From Candidatus Velesiimonas alkalicola (GTDB taxonomy: Bacteria; Omnitrophota; Gorgyraeia; Velesiimonadales; Velesiimonadaceae): a stretch of DNA of 64,000 nucleotides. Position 1 is the first letter of the stretch, and each line of letters starts with the position of its first letter. The notes below the pieces were generated by a model. It was not told where the DNA came from. It worked only from the letters and a program-made list of their open reading frames with translations, and ran no database searches. Positions 29,391 to 39,130 of this stretch are shown one piece after another. Position numbers and translations under genes: made by a program. The stretch lies in contig NDHX01000009.1 in NCBI GenBank assembly GCA_013626165.1, positions 2,007 through 66,006 of the forward strand, read 5' to 3'.

Positions 29391-30649
29391 ATTCTTATTA
29401 AAAGCCCTGAGAGAGGTTTAGGATAAAAGAATGTGCTCTTTCTCGGCATCTTCTGACCTGAAAATGCTATCTGTTTAACCTGTTCTATGGTTGTGGCTTG
29501 CAGCAAAACTGCAAAATCCCATTTCTTTTGTCTTACCCCTGCCACTGCCTGATGGACATTATGTGTATAATCAACCCTTATACCGTTGCTTTTCAAAAAT
29601 GGCAGTATCCTGTATTCAAGAACTGCGGTATCAAGCCTTTTACACCTTAAATTTTTTCTTTGTGTATCTGTTTTCTTAAAAAAACCTTGATTCTTTAATC
29701 TTAAAAAATAGAACTTCTTATCGGTAATTATGCCAAACACATTTGTCTTAAATTTTTTATCAAGGCAAGAGGTGAGTTTTTCAAGAGAGGTCTGTTCCTG
29801 TATCTTAAAAAAGGGAGCAAGTGTAGGAATGCACCTATCAAACCTGATTCCTTTCACAACCCTGTGTATGGGAAATATTTTAAGGGCCCTGTCATCAATG
29901 TTTGTAAAATATACAAGAACAAAGCCGTCCGGACTTTCGGAGTTTACCCTGTTTAAAAGACTTTCATTTCTAACAGGGCTTTCTTTCCAGTATTGAACTG
30001 CTGCTTCATACCTGTGATGACCGTCTGCAATAAGGAGTTTCTGAGAAGAAATGATGCCTCTTATTTTATCTATTGCATCTTTCCGAGCAACAATATAGAG
30101 TTTATGTTCTGTATTATCTTCCCACTTAATCTGTAAAACAGGTTTTTTATAATATTGTTTTGTAATAGCATCTATATTCTTATTTTTATCTGAATAAAGA
30201 CAAAAAATAGGTTCAAAATTTGCTTTTGTTGTCCTTAAAAGTTCAAGCCTGTCTTTTTTAGGGGCCGGCATAGTGTTCTCATGGGAAATAACCGAACCTT
30301 TTTCAAGCCTTAAAAGAGCAAAAAAACCTTTTCTTGTCTTCCACTGATTATTAAATAAAAACCTCTGGGTATAGAGATATATACACTCGGTTTCGTCTTT
30401 TAAAAAAACTTTTTCTTTTATCCATCTGTTAAGATAGTCTCTTGCCCTTGTCCATCTATTATTTTCTTCGGTATCCGTAAGGCTTGTCTTCCCAAGTATA
30501 AGCCTTACTATATTATAAGGACTGTGCCTATAAAGTTCTCTCTGCTTTTCTTTTGATATAACATCATATGGAGGAGCAAGAATAGTTCCTATATTTTTTA
30601 TTTTTTTAAGATTATATCTCCACCCTTTGAACGGTTTTATATCTGGCAT
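29387..30649 (-). CDS. DUF1015 family protein
   Basis: APPYDVI, HENT, IADGHHRYEAA, MPRKSTFFYPKPLSGL. Confidence 0.9.
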   Translation of the reverse strand: MPDIKPFKGWRYNLKKIKNIGTILAPPYDVISKEKQRELYRHSPYNIVRLILGKTSLTDTEENNRWTRARDYLNRWIKEKVFLKDETECIYLYTQRFLFNNQWKTRKGFFALLRLEKGSVISHENTMPAPKKDRLELLRTTKANFEPIFCLYSDKNKNIDAITKQYYKKPVLQIKWEDNTEHKLYIVARKDAIDKIRGIISSQKLLIADGHHRYEAAVQYWKESPVRNESLLNRVNSESPDGFVLVYFTNIDDRALKIFPIHRVVKGIRFDRCIPTLAPFFKIQEQTSLEKLTSCLDKKFKTNVFGIITDKKFYFLRLKNQGFFKKTDTQRKNLRCKRLDTAVLEYRILPFLKSNGIRVDYTHNVHQAVAGVRQKKWDFAVLLQATTIEQVKQIAFSGQKMPRKSTFFYPKPLSGLLIRI

Positions 30650-30655
30650 AATTTC

Positions 30656-30934
30656 TTAACTTTTTTTTACAGGACAGGATGCGCAAGTTGATGGGACTGT
30701 TTTATCGGCTGGACAAGGCGCCTTTTCCTTTTCCGCTTTCATATGGTAAGAAGGCTTTCTGTAGTCTGTCGTGTAAAAACCTTTACCCTTAAACAAAAGC
30801 CCTGAACCCCCGCTGATAAGTCTTTTAACTTTTCCATCACATTTTGGGCATTTTTTCAAAGTCTCATCTTTTATATGTTGAAACACCTCAAAATGATGAC
30901 TGCATTTTGTACATTCATACTCATATGTTGGCAT
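30656..30934 (-). CDS. FmdB-family zinc ribbon protein
   Basis: MPTYEYEC..C...CPKC, FKGKGFYTTDY. Confidence 0.9.
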   Translation of the reverse strand: MPTYEYECTKCSHHFEVFQHIKDETLKKCPKCDGKVKRLISGGSGLLFKGKGFYTTDYRKPSYHMKAEKEKAPCPADKTVPSTCASCPVKKS

Positions 30935-31019
30935 ATCTATCTCCTTGTTTTAGGTAACTGGTGACAGACAACTGGTGACTGGTGCTCTGGAAACTGGTTT
31001 CCCCCAGTTTTCTCACCTT

Positions 31020-32144
31020 TTATCTGTCTTTATTGTGTTTTTTTATTTTTTCCGAAAATTCTTTTTGTAAAGGTGTATTTTCCGGCCTGGACAATTTATT
31101 AAATTCTTCAAGGATTCTTTTTTGTTCAGATGTAAGATGAACAGGTGTTTCCACTATAATACGAACAAACATATCCGCTCTTGATCTTAAATTTAAATCA
31201 GGAAGTCCACCCTTTTTTATTCTTAATATCTGCCCATCTTGTGTACCGGGGCTGATGCTTAAAGAAACTGTTTTTCCCTCAAGAGTGGGAATATCAATGT
31301 TTGCTCCCAAGGCTGCCTGGATAACATTTACAGGAACATTGCAAATAATATTGCTCCCTTCTTTTTCAAATACAGGATGTTTATTTATTTTTATTATAAC
31401 ATAAAGGTCGCCTCTTCTTCCTGATTGAGAAACCTCGCCTTCACCGCCTACTCTAAGGGAAGTCCCATCGTCCACGCCAGCAGGAATCTTAATTGTAATC
31501 CTTCTTTCTACTGATACCCTTCCCTTTCCTTTACAATGTGAACAGGGACGCTTTATAATCTTACCCTGCCCGGAACATCTATCACAGGTCTGTGATAGCG
31601 CAAAGAACCCTTGCACAAACCTTGTCTGCCCTGCACCCTTGCATCTTGGACAAACTGAAAAATCGGATTCTGTTCTTGCTCCTCTTCCCTGGCACTCGTT
31701 ACAGAACTCCATTCTTGACAAACTTATTGTTTTCTCAGCGCCTGTCATAACATCTTCAAGGTTAAGTTCCACAAATGCCTGTTTGTCTTTACCTCTTCGT
31801 GTGCCTGTGCCAAAACCTGTAAATGAGCGAAGAATATCTGCAAACGAACCTCCAAATATATCTTCCACATCATCAAAATGCGTAAAATCTGACCAGGTAA
31901 ATCCACCACCTGTAAATGCACCCCTTAACCCCTCATATCCAAACTGGTCATATGTTGCCCTTTTTTGAGGGTCACTGAGCACCTCATATGCCTCTGATAT
32001 TTCTTTAAATCTTTCCTCAGAAGCCTTATCACCAGGGTTTCTGTCCGGATGATACTTAAGGGCAAGTTGCCTGTATGAACTTTTTATAGCAGATTGGTCT
32101 GCGTCCCTTGAAACTCCGAGTGTACGATAATAATCCTTATCCAT
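31020..32144 (-). CDS. dnaJ: Chaperone DnaJ
   Basis: J domain HPD, G/F region, four CxxCxGxG motifs. Confidence 0.96.
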   Translation of the reverse strand: MDKDYYRTLGVSRDADQSAIKSSYRQLALKYHPDRNPGDKASEERFKEISEAYEVLSDPQKRATYDQFGYEGLRGAFTGGGFTWSDFTHFDDVEDIFGGSFADILRSFTGFGTGTRRGKDKQAFVELNLEDVMTGAEKTISLSRMEFCNECQGRGARTESDFSVCPRCKGAGQTRFVQGFFALSQTCDRCSGQGKIIKRPCSHCKGKGRVSVERRITIKIPAGVDDGTSLRVGGEGEVSQSGRRGDLYVIIKINKHPVFEKEGSNIICNVPVNVIQAALGANIDIPTLEGKTVSLSISPGTQDGQILRIKKGGLPDLNLRSRADMFVRIIVETPVHLTSEQKRILEEFNKLSRPENTPLQKEFSEKIKKHNKDR

Positions 32145-32230
32145 TTAATTATTTTCCTTTATGTTGATATACTTAAGCAATAGATTCAATGTCTTCTGCA
32201 GCTTCAAAAGACCAGACTACAATGATTTTT

Positions 32231-32340
32231 TATTATTCAAACTCTGATTTTTGCAAGTTTGACTGTCGAACAATAGAAAGTAATGTGCCGATGCGAATTT
32301 CTTTATGATCGGGGACTGGAGCTGTAATCATGGTATTAGG
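32231..32340 (-). pseudogene. HicA toxin C-terminal fragment
   Basis: Manual translation ITAPVPDHKEIRIGTLLSIVRQSNLQKSEFE*. Confidence 0.65.
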
Positions 32341-32523
32341 CAACATTCTTTTCCTAACTGGCAGTGTCTTTTTGACAATATCCTGACTGATTTCATTAAC
32401 AGACTCGGCTCTGCCAAGATTGGCGGCAAATTCTTTTTAATACTTTTTTTTAATTCTATTAATTTTTCTGAAAAATAATATTTTGTATAATTTTTTAGTT
32501 ATTGCCATAATTCATTTACTAAT

Positions 32524-32870
32524 TATCCCAACAAATTTTTAAATGCTTCAAGTGCTGTCAATAAACTCTCCGCTCTTAAGGATTTGTAATAGTCCAGTTT
32601 GTGTATTGGTTTATCAACTTTTCTTTCACCCTCAAGCAAAGTGATTATATTCAAATCAATATCAAAATATGAAAGTACTGTATGTGTTGAAGGGCTCCCA
32701 TATTTGAGATGATTAGCAGAAGAATAATCGCCGCCGAGTTGGCTTTCTAATTAGAATAAAACAAATGAAAGGTCAGGGAAAACTTGTTTGAATAAAGTAA
32801 AATCAACTAATATTCCTTTCAACATTGCGTCTTCTGTATATGCTTTGCATTCCATAGCCATCTTAAATTT
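32524..32870 (-). pseudogene. C-terminal half of a second DdeI-like endonuclease, with internal stop
   Basis: KFKMAMECKAYTEDAMLKGILVDFTLFKQVFPDLSFVLF*LESQLGGDYS...ITLLEGERKVDKPIHK aligns with 35503..36219. Confidence 0.85.
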
Positions 32871-32872
32871 TT

Positions 32873-33082
32873 TTATGCAAACACCAATCGGCCTTTAGGC
32901 TGGGGGATAGGGCGTCCTAACTCTTTTGCGGTTGCAATCCACTCTTTAATAATTACTTCAACATTAGCAAGTGCTTCCTGATATGTAGCACCATCTGCTG
33001 CACAGCCTGGTAACTCTGGCACCTCAGCAATAAAAGCCTTATCCTCTGCGCTCCAGTAAATAATTACTTCATACTTACACAT
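32873..33082 (-). CDS. hicB: HicB family antitoxin
   Basis: YEVIIYWSAEDKAFIAEVPELPGCAADGATYQEAL...GRPIPQP. Confidence 0.9.
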   Translation of the reverse strand: MCKYEVIIYWSAEDKAFIAEVPELPGCAADGATYQEALANVEVIIKEWIATAKELGRPIPQPKGRLVFA

Positions 33083-33270
33083 TTTCCTTTTCTCCTAGTT
33101 TATATTTTAGTATCACATTACGAACCTGTTTAACCTGATAAGGTTTTGATTTACTGCCTTTGGGTTGTAAATTGAGTATCTCCTCAATAACATCTTTTGT
33201 AAATATATGATGGCTACCACGTATTCTCTCCTCAAATCTTAAATATTTCAATAGACCGCATAATCCATCT
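33075..33270 (-). pseudogene. HicA toxin, 5'-truncated
   Basis: DGLCGLLKYLRFEERIRGSHHIFTKDVIEEILNLQPKGSKSKPYQVKQVRNVILKYKL; no in-frame start found. Confidence 0.75.
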
Positions 33271-33362
33271 TCGGCGCATTTACAGGAATGGCATTAAAAG
33301 AAACACCGCTGTCATTTCTGACCATCTTGATATAACCTGTATTCTTCCCAACCCCCCATTTT

Positions 33363-33391
33363 AAAAGCCCATGAAAATGGGCTTTCTTTTT
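33363..33391. terminator. Probable intrinsic terminator downstream of arsC
   Basis: AAAGCCC...GGGCTTT stem flanked by A and T runs. Confidence 0.55.
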
Positions 33392-33404
33392 TGCTTTTTA
33401 TAAA

Positions 33405-33830
33405 TCATTTGTTCTCCTGGAGCCATTCCTCTATTTTTATTTTAATTTTATCCCTGACCTCTCTCGTCTTTGCCAGCCTTTCTTCATGCTCGCCTGTAAA
33501 TGAAGATGGATCTTCAAAGCTCCAGTGAAGCATTTTTGAGGCTCCTTGGAATACGGGACATCTTTCTGCCGAAGCCTCATCGCAGACCGTTATCACATAA
33601 TTAAACAGCCGTCCTTCTTTAAAAAAATCGAACACGCGCTTTGTCTCGTTCGGCGATATATCTATCCCGATATCCCTCATCGCTTCAACAGCAAGGGGGT
33701 TTAATGTGCCCGGCTCAATGCCTGCGCTTTCAGTCTCAAACATGTCTCCTCCCATATTGTTTAAAAATGCCTCTGCCATCTGGCTCCTTGCGCTATTGTG
33801 CACGCACACGAATAAAACTTTTCGTTTCAT
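33405..33830 (-). CDS. arsC: Arsenate reductase (LMW-PTP type)
   Basis: [18 protein letters not shown]...CPVF, HWSFEDP. Confidence 0.88.
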   Translation of the reverse strand: MKRKVLFVCVHNSARSQMAEAFLNNMGGDMFETESAGIEPGTLNPLAVEAMRDIGIDISPNETKRVFDFFKEGRLFNYVITVCDEASAERCPVFQGASKMLHWSFEDPSSFTGEHEERLAKTREVRDKIKIKIEEWLQENK

Positions 33831-34480
33831 ACAGTCCTCCATTTATCCTTCAAAAATTTGCAGGCTAAAACAGCCGTATATGCGCCTAAAACAGGGGCGG
33901 TTAAATAAATCCATACGGCATCGAAATTTCCCGATACAATTGCCGGCGCAATGGAGCGGGCTGGATTCATAGAAGCTCCGCTGACAGGACCGGCGAACAG
34001 CGCAAGCAGCGCCACGGTTGCGCCGACAGCAATTCCTGCCATGATTCCTGTTTCCCTTGCATCTGCGGAAACATTGAGTATTACAAACATGAGGATGAAA
34101 GCAAGGATAACCTCCATAAAGAAGGATTGAACCGCTGCCCCTGAAGGCACGGTTGCGCCGAGAGTTTGATGTTCCGGAAACAATAACCTGAGCGATATGC
34201 TTGCCGCCAATGCCCCTGAACACTGGCTTAAAATATAAGGCAAAACATCATGTTTTGACAGTCTGCCTGATGTCCAGAATCCAATGGTAACTGCCGGGTT
34301 TATGTGTGCGCCCGAAATATCGCCTATAGCATAAATCATTGCCGTCACAACCAGTCCAAAGGTTAGCGCGATGCCTGTGTGGCTGATTGCTCCATTGGCG
34401 GCATCATTAACTACAATGGCGCCTGTGCCTGTAAAGACAAGGCAGAATGTCCCAATAAATTCGGCAGTGTATTTTTTCAT
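33827..34480 (-). CDS. MIP family aquaporin/aquaglyceroporin (arsenite channel candidate)
   Basis: Two NPA motifs: [10 protein letters not shown] and GASMNPARS; coupled to arsC. Confidence 0.92.
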   Translation of the reverse strand: MKKYTAEFIGTFCLVFTGTGAIVVNDAANGAISHTGIALTFGLVVTAMIYAIGDISGAHINPAVTIGFWTSGRLSKHDVLPYILSQCSGALAASISLRLLFPEHQTLGATVPSGAAVQSFFMEVILAFILMFVILNVSADARETGIMAGIAVGATVALLALFAGPVSGASMNPARSIAPAIVSGNFDAVWIYLTAPVLGAYTAVLACKFLKDKWRTV

Positions 34481-34529
34481 TTCTCCCGTTTATTTTTTCT
34501 CGCATTAAACCATTTCGGTTGTCATTTCC

Positions 34530-34790
34530 CTTCACGAAGTTTTTCCGCAAAAAAAGCAGGCAAGCGGATACTGTAATCGCCGAGGCGACTTTTTCAACGT
34601 CGTAAGGCACACTTATGAACCCTGTTTTTACGTCTTCGAGCAGACATTCGACGAGGGTCAGGCATGCCCGTGTATCCCCATCCTTCGGCTTTCCGACGCT
34701 GCCGGCATTAATGAATACCTTGCCGCCCAAGTCTCTTCTGTACGGAATATGGGTATGTCCGTAAATCAGGATATCCGCCTTTGCCTTGCC
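34530..34790 (-). pseudogene. Metallophosphoesterase (YfcE-like) C-terminal fragment
   Basis: ADILIYGHTHIPY...INAGSVGKPKDGD...VPYDVE; the N-terminus is replaced by IS sequence. Confidence 0.75.
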
Positions 34791-35062
34791 CAGTCAAAAA
34801 GACTCGCACAAAGCTCTATGAATGTGGCATCAAGGCTGAAGAGTTTGTTCCTGAAGCGAAACTTCTTTTTGCCCTTCGCCAACGCCTGACATTTGCTTAA
34901 TTACAGCCTCATAAAACTCCTTCTTAGAAAATATCTGTAGAATCTGACCAAAAATATTGTTAAACTTATTCATGATAACTTCCAGTTCAGGTTTCTATGG
35001 TTTACGCTATTCTATAATACCCGAATCCGAGGGTTATCTAATATCTATTTTGGACAGATATG
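34785..35062 (-). mobile_element. IS4-family (DUF4372-type) transposase remnant with probable left end
   Basis: MNKFNNIFGQILQIFSKKEFYEAV then, after an internal deletion, KKKFRFRNKLFSLDATFIELCASLFDWA; end-like sequence CATATCTGTCCAAAATAG at 35062-35045. Confidence 0.7.
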
Positions 35063-35063
35063 C

Positions 35064-35255
35064 ATTAATATGTACATGGACATCTGTCCACAAGGGATAG
35101 TAAAAATCTTTAATATGGGTTTTTATAAATTTTTTAACCTCGGGACTTTTAACTCTTTCAAGATATTCTTCTTTAATCGGAATTTTAACAGTTTCTTTTT
35201 CAAGAGATAATTTTGCAGGACTTTTTCCTAACTCTTTCCATGCCGTTTCAATTTA
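35064..35255 (-). pseudogene. Middle fragment of the second DdeI-like endonuclease
   Basis: IETAWKELGKSPAKLSLEKETVKIPIKEEYLERVKSPEVKKFIKTHIKDFYYPLWTDVHVHIN aligns with the middle of 35503..36219. Confidence 0.85.
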
Positions 35256-35502
35256 TAATTTCTGTACATAATCGCTTACAAATTTTTCAAACTGATTTAC
35301 TTTATCTATTATTATTTTTCCCGGGTTAGTTCTTTTTCCTGGTCTGAATGCAAAGAAACCATCAATGTATGCTTCCCAAACCTTTTTCATTTTTTGAAAT
35401 TCTCTTGTCACTTCAATTAAACATTAGGTGATAAAGCACAAACATGCCAAATCGTAATCAAATCCAAAACGCAAGTAAACAAAAACTAAAATAAACCTAC
35501 TC

Positions 35503-36219
35503 CTACAATTTATCTTTCAAAAGTTCTTTAAAAATATCTATTGCTCTTACTAAATTCTTTTTCTTTAGTTCTTTATAAAATTTCGGTTTATGAATTGGTT
35601 CATCAACTTTTCTTTCACCTTCCAACAAGGTTATTATGTTTATATCAATATCAAAATATGAAAGTAATGTATGAGTTGATGGGCTTCCATAAGTAATTTT
35701 TTTGCTTGGTTGTGAATAGTCTCCTGTAAGTTGACTTTCTAATTGAAGCAAAACAAATTTTAGATTTGGAAACACTTGCTTGAACAAAGTGAAATCAACT
35801 AAAATCCTTTTCACCATCGCATTTTCAGTGAAAGATTTACATTCAATAGCAATTACAAACTCATTATTAATGTATGTATGAATATCTGTTTTAAGCGTAT
35901 AATAGTAATCTTGAATGTTTTGTTTAATATACTCTACCACTTCACGACTCCTAATCCGTGCCAAATACTGTTGGTTTAAGGGAATTCTTACAGTTTGCTT
36001 TTCTAATGATAATCGATCTGATTTTCCCCCTAATCCCTGCCAAGCAATTCTGACCAAATGTTCTCCAATATTTTCAACCATTAGACCTTTACTGGATCTA
36101 ATGATTCCTCCATATGTCCTATATTCATCTTCATTAGCTTTTGCTTCAATACCCTTAACAAGCAAATTATATGCTTTTAAAATTTCTTTTATTTGTTTTG
36201 ATGTATTTGTTTTGTTCAT
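35503..36219 (-). CDS. Type II restriction endonuclease, DdeI-like
   Basis: R.YGG..R..KG, IECKSFTENAMVKRILVDF, QLESQLTGDYS, TLLEGERKVD match my recollection of R.DdeI; directly downstream of an MTase. Confidence 0.8.
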   Translation of the reverse strand: MNKTNTSKQIKEILKAYNLLVKGIEAKANEDEYRTYGGIIRSSKGLMVENIGEHLVRIAWQGLGGKSDRLSLEKQTVRIPLNQQYLARIRSREVVEYIKQNIQDYYYTLKTDIHTYINNEFVIAIECKSFTENAMVKRILVDFTLFKQVFPNLKFVLLQLESQLTGDYSQPSKKITYGSPSTHTLLSYFDIDINIITLLEGERKVDEPIHKPKFYKELKKKNLVRAIDIFKELLKDKL

Positions 36220-36223
36220 TTTT

Positions 36224-37417
36224 TCAAAAAAGTGTAGATTCTATTCTTTGATTAGCAATTTTACAATATTCTTCAGAAACATCTATCCCTAAATATTTTC
36301 TATTAAGCTCTCTTGCAACTTTAGTCGTCGTGCCTGCTCCATTAAAAGGATCTAAAATTATGTCTCCTTTAAAACTAAATAACTTTAAAACTCTTACAAC
36401 CAATTGTTCAGGAAACATTGCAGGATGTCCAAATTCTTTCATTCTTCTTTCAGGTGCTATTGACCATCGTGAGAAAACCCATTTTTTAAATTCCTCTTCG
36501 TTAATGTCAATATCCTCTACTCTTCCTTGTTTCTTCAGATCTCCTTTGCAAAATATTTCCAAATACTCCCACGAATTCTTCAAATAAGGATTGCTAGGGC
36601 TTTTCCAACTACCCCAGGCCGTATATTTACAATTATAATTATTTTTTTCCCATACTATTTCACCCTTCCATATCAACTTATTTTGCATGAAAAAATTACT
36701 GATAATATGGTGACACGGTATATAGTCAGAATATAAAGGTTGTGTGTTGACTATAATTCTGCCACCGTATTTTAAAACTCTTATACATTCTCTGAAAATG
36801 CCGAATAATTTATCAAAATAATTCTCCCATTGATAATCATCATCTTTTTTTGAATAATCTAAACCAAAGTTATATGGTGGAGAAGTAAAAATTAAATCAA
36901 TACAATTATCAGGCAGTTTTTTTAAAACTTCTTCACTATCACCACAAATAATCTGGTTTATATATTCGCTTGGGCAATCGGTATTTTCTTTAACAAAAAA
37001 GTTGTTCCGAGTATAATAATGTTTACCTCTTTTTACCTCTTTCAATTTTCTATTTTTTACTTTTATTTCTTTATTGTAATCCACATATTTTCTTTTTCCG
37101 GATCTTAACCCATAACTTTTAATACTTTCAATTTTACTAATGATTTGTTTTACAGGATTATTATTTTTATTGAGATTATATTTCCTTGAAATATAATCAC
37201 TTAAAGACTTTAATTGTGTTATATCAACTTCCCTTAACAAAATTTTGACTGATTTGTTATTAATCTTTATAGATAGACCTTTATTTGAAAGTTTGGAGTT
37301 AAGTTCATTCAAAGAATTTAATTCATTAGTCGATAATGGGTTTTCAATCTCTAATTGTAGTTCTTTGAATGTCATAACTTTTTTTATTTTATGAAAATCA
37401 TCTGTCATTTCTATCAC
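36224..37417 (-). CDS. DNA amino-methyltransferase, beta class (probably N4-C), with N-terminal extension
   Basis: TSPPY before HPAMFP and DPFNGAGTT. Confidence 0.92.
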   Translation of the reverse strand: MIEMTDDFHKIKKVMTFKELQLEIENPLSTNELNSLNELNSKLSNKGLSIKINNKSVKILLREVDITQLKSLSDYISRKYNLNKNNNPVKQIISKIESIKSYGLRSGKRKYVDYNKEIKVKNRKLKEVKRGKHYYTRNNFFVKENTDCPSEYINQIICGDSEEVLKKLPDNCIDLIFTSPPYNFGLDYSKKDDDYQWENYFDKLFGIFRECIRVLKYGGRIIVNTQPLYSDYIPCHHIISNFFMQNKLIWKGEIVWEKNNYNCKYTAWGSWKSPSNPYLKNSWEYLEIFCKGDLKKQGRVEDIDINEEEFKKWVFSRWSIAPERRMKEFGHPAMFPEQLVVRVLKLFSFKGDIILDPFNGAGTTTKVARELNRKYLGIDVSEEYCKIANQRIESTLF

Positions 37418-37418
37418 C

Positions 37419-37643
37419 TCACAGATTTAATGTTAATAAGATTATTTTGTCTTCTTCAAAGTCTTCCATGTCAGTATCACATTTAGAACACTTGACATAA
37501 TTTATTTCACCATCGTCGGGATAAGCCGTGTCCCTTTTTGTTATGGTTCCATCTTTTAATTCAAAAATGGTATTCATACGTTCTGATAAACTAACATAAA
37601 AATTATTGCTCTCACATTTTTTACAAACGAGTTTTGTTTTCAT
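37419..37643 (-). CDS. Small zinc-ribbon hypothetical protein
   Basis: CKKC...CSKC; likely start MKTKLV with SD GGAGG. Confidence 0.55.
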   Translation of the reverse strand: MKTKLVCKKCESNNFYVSLSERMNTIFELKDGTITKRDTAYPDDGEINYVKCSKCDTDMEDFEEDKIILLTLNL

Positions 37644-37938
37644 AATTACCTCCATTTTGTTTAACGTTCTTTCGTAACCCATAACTTTTTATTTTCTCAA
37701 TGTTATTAAATATCGCGTCTAACAATCGGGAGGTTTCGCCATGAGAATTTTTTGCCAGCGTTTGAATATTATTCCTGAAATCGAGAAAATCTAACTGCCG
37801 TAAATTTATAACTAATTCATTATTAGTTAGTTCAAAAGAAATATCTTCTTTCGGATATAAAAATGATAACCGCTCGATTGTTGTATTGTCGGGGTTAATA
37901 TTGCCAGTGTGAATTTTTATAATTTTATAATCGCTCAT
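37621..37938 (-). pseudogene. Truncated paralog of the N-terminal domain of the 36224..37417 MTase
   Basis: MSDYKIIKI...IEKIKSYGLRK vs DDFHKIKKV...IESIKSYGLRS. Confidence 0.6.
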
Positions 37939-37978
37939 TTTATAAAATTGTTTAATACAATAATTTTCGCCTTTATAA

Positions 37979-39130
37979 TTATATCAGTGTTTCTAAAAAT
38001 TTTTTACTTTCCTTTTCATCAATCTTGTTATTTGGTGAAATAATAAGTCGATGAATTGTATTCCCTTCAAATTGAGTTACGCCCCTTGAATGTCTACCCG
38101 CCCAATGTTTTAAAAGAATAGTTGATTTTAATAAATCGGTCTGGAACATTGATACAAGAATTTGATTCACTATTTTGTTTGGCTCAAGCCCTATAAAATA
38201 AAACATAAACACGGCCTGATTGTTCGATAAAAATTCAAGTAATTTATCAATATTATAACCCTTGGGATTTGAGCTCAATATCATTATTTTAGTTTTAACA
38301 TCTGTTGCGGTATTATAATTCTTAAAAATTCTTGTATAATCGCCCAGAGTATTTTTAGTTCTGAAACTAGGGATTTTTCGGCTATTTTTACGTAGGGCCT
38401 CAATTAACTTTTTCCTCAAATTATCATCTTCACCAGCAATCAGGTATTCAATTATTCTGCCTCGAATATTTACATTTTCAATAAAACCGGCTATCAAAAT
38501 TTCATTTTTGTATTTCCGAACTTTTTCATCAAGTTCTTTCTTTAATTGTAAATATTCATTTGAATCGATAAATTTTATTGCCCGTTCTATCGAGTTCAAA
38601 ATAATTGATTTTTGTTGGGGAGAAATTTCAAACTTTTTTCCCGAAGGACTAATATTATTTGTTGCCTCTACTAATCTAACAAGGTTGCCCTCAAATCCGA
38701 TTTCTGCATGAATATTGAATAACTTTTCAAAATTTTCAGGTGAATTATTTATACCATTAAATTCTTTAACAATATCAGACCCATTCAAACTACCTCTAAT
38801 ATTATCAACACGCAATTCCTGTGAACTATGGCTGATTTTCTGTAAAAAGGTTGTGTTAGCTAAATACAAAATATTTTTCTTTGGCATTACAAGACAAACT
38901 ATAAAAGGCAAATCATCGTATTTTTGTAAATTTGATAATGAAATAACTGTGTTTGAAAAATTGGTGGATTTGGAAGAACTAAATCGTACAGCAAAAGCTT
39001 CGCAATAATAAACAGACCTGTCTTTAGTTAAATTAAACTTTTTTTGTACTTCTTTAATTAAAGTAGATTTGTTTCCTATCCCGTTTTTAGACTCTATGAA
39101 GTTTAGAAAGTTAATTATCAATTTATTCAT
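37979..39130 (-). CDS. Probable type II restriction endonuclease
   Basis: Overlaps the stop of an MTase; RGRIIEY...LGDY...TDVKTK resembles a PD-(D/E)xK site; AT-rich. Confidence 0.6.
   Translation of the reverse strand: MNKLIINFLNFIESKNGIGNKSTLIKEVQKKFNLTKDRSVYYCEAFAVRFSSSKSTNFSNTVISLSNLQKYDDLPFIVCLVMPKKNILYLANTTFLQKISHSSQELRVDNIRGSLNGSDIVKEFNGINNSPENFEKLFNIHAEIGFEGNLVRLVEATNNISPSGKKFEISPQQKSIILNSIERAIKFIDSNEYLQLKKELDEKVRKYKNEILIAGFIENVNIRGRIIEYLIAGEDDNLRKKLIEALRKNSRKIPSFRTKNTLGDYTRIFKNYNTATDVKTKIMILSSNPKGYNIDKLLEFLSNNQAVFMFYFIGLEPNKIVNQILVSMFQTDLLKSTILLKHWAGRHSRGVTQFEGNTIHRLIISPNNKIDEKESKKFLETLI

Noticed and set aside
32874-35064. TATGCA at both insert junctions (32874-32879, 35059-35064) as a target-site duplication
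   Set aside because: Excision at this repeat does not restore the REase frame (gives TAA), it overlaps the presumed IS end, and a 6-mer match is plausible by chance
32524-36219. Diversity-generating retroelement template/variable repeat pair
   Set aside because: The paralogous REase copies differ at all base types, largely synonymously, and no reverse transcriptase is present
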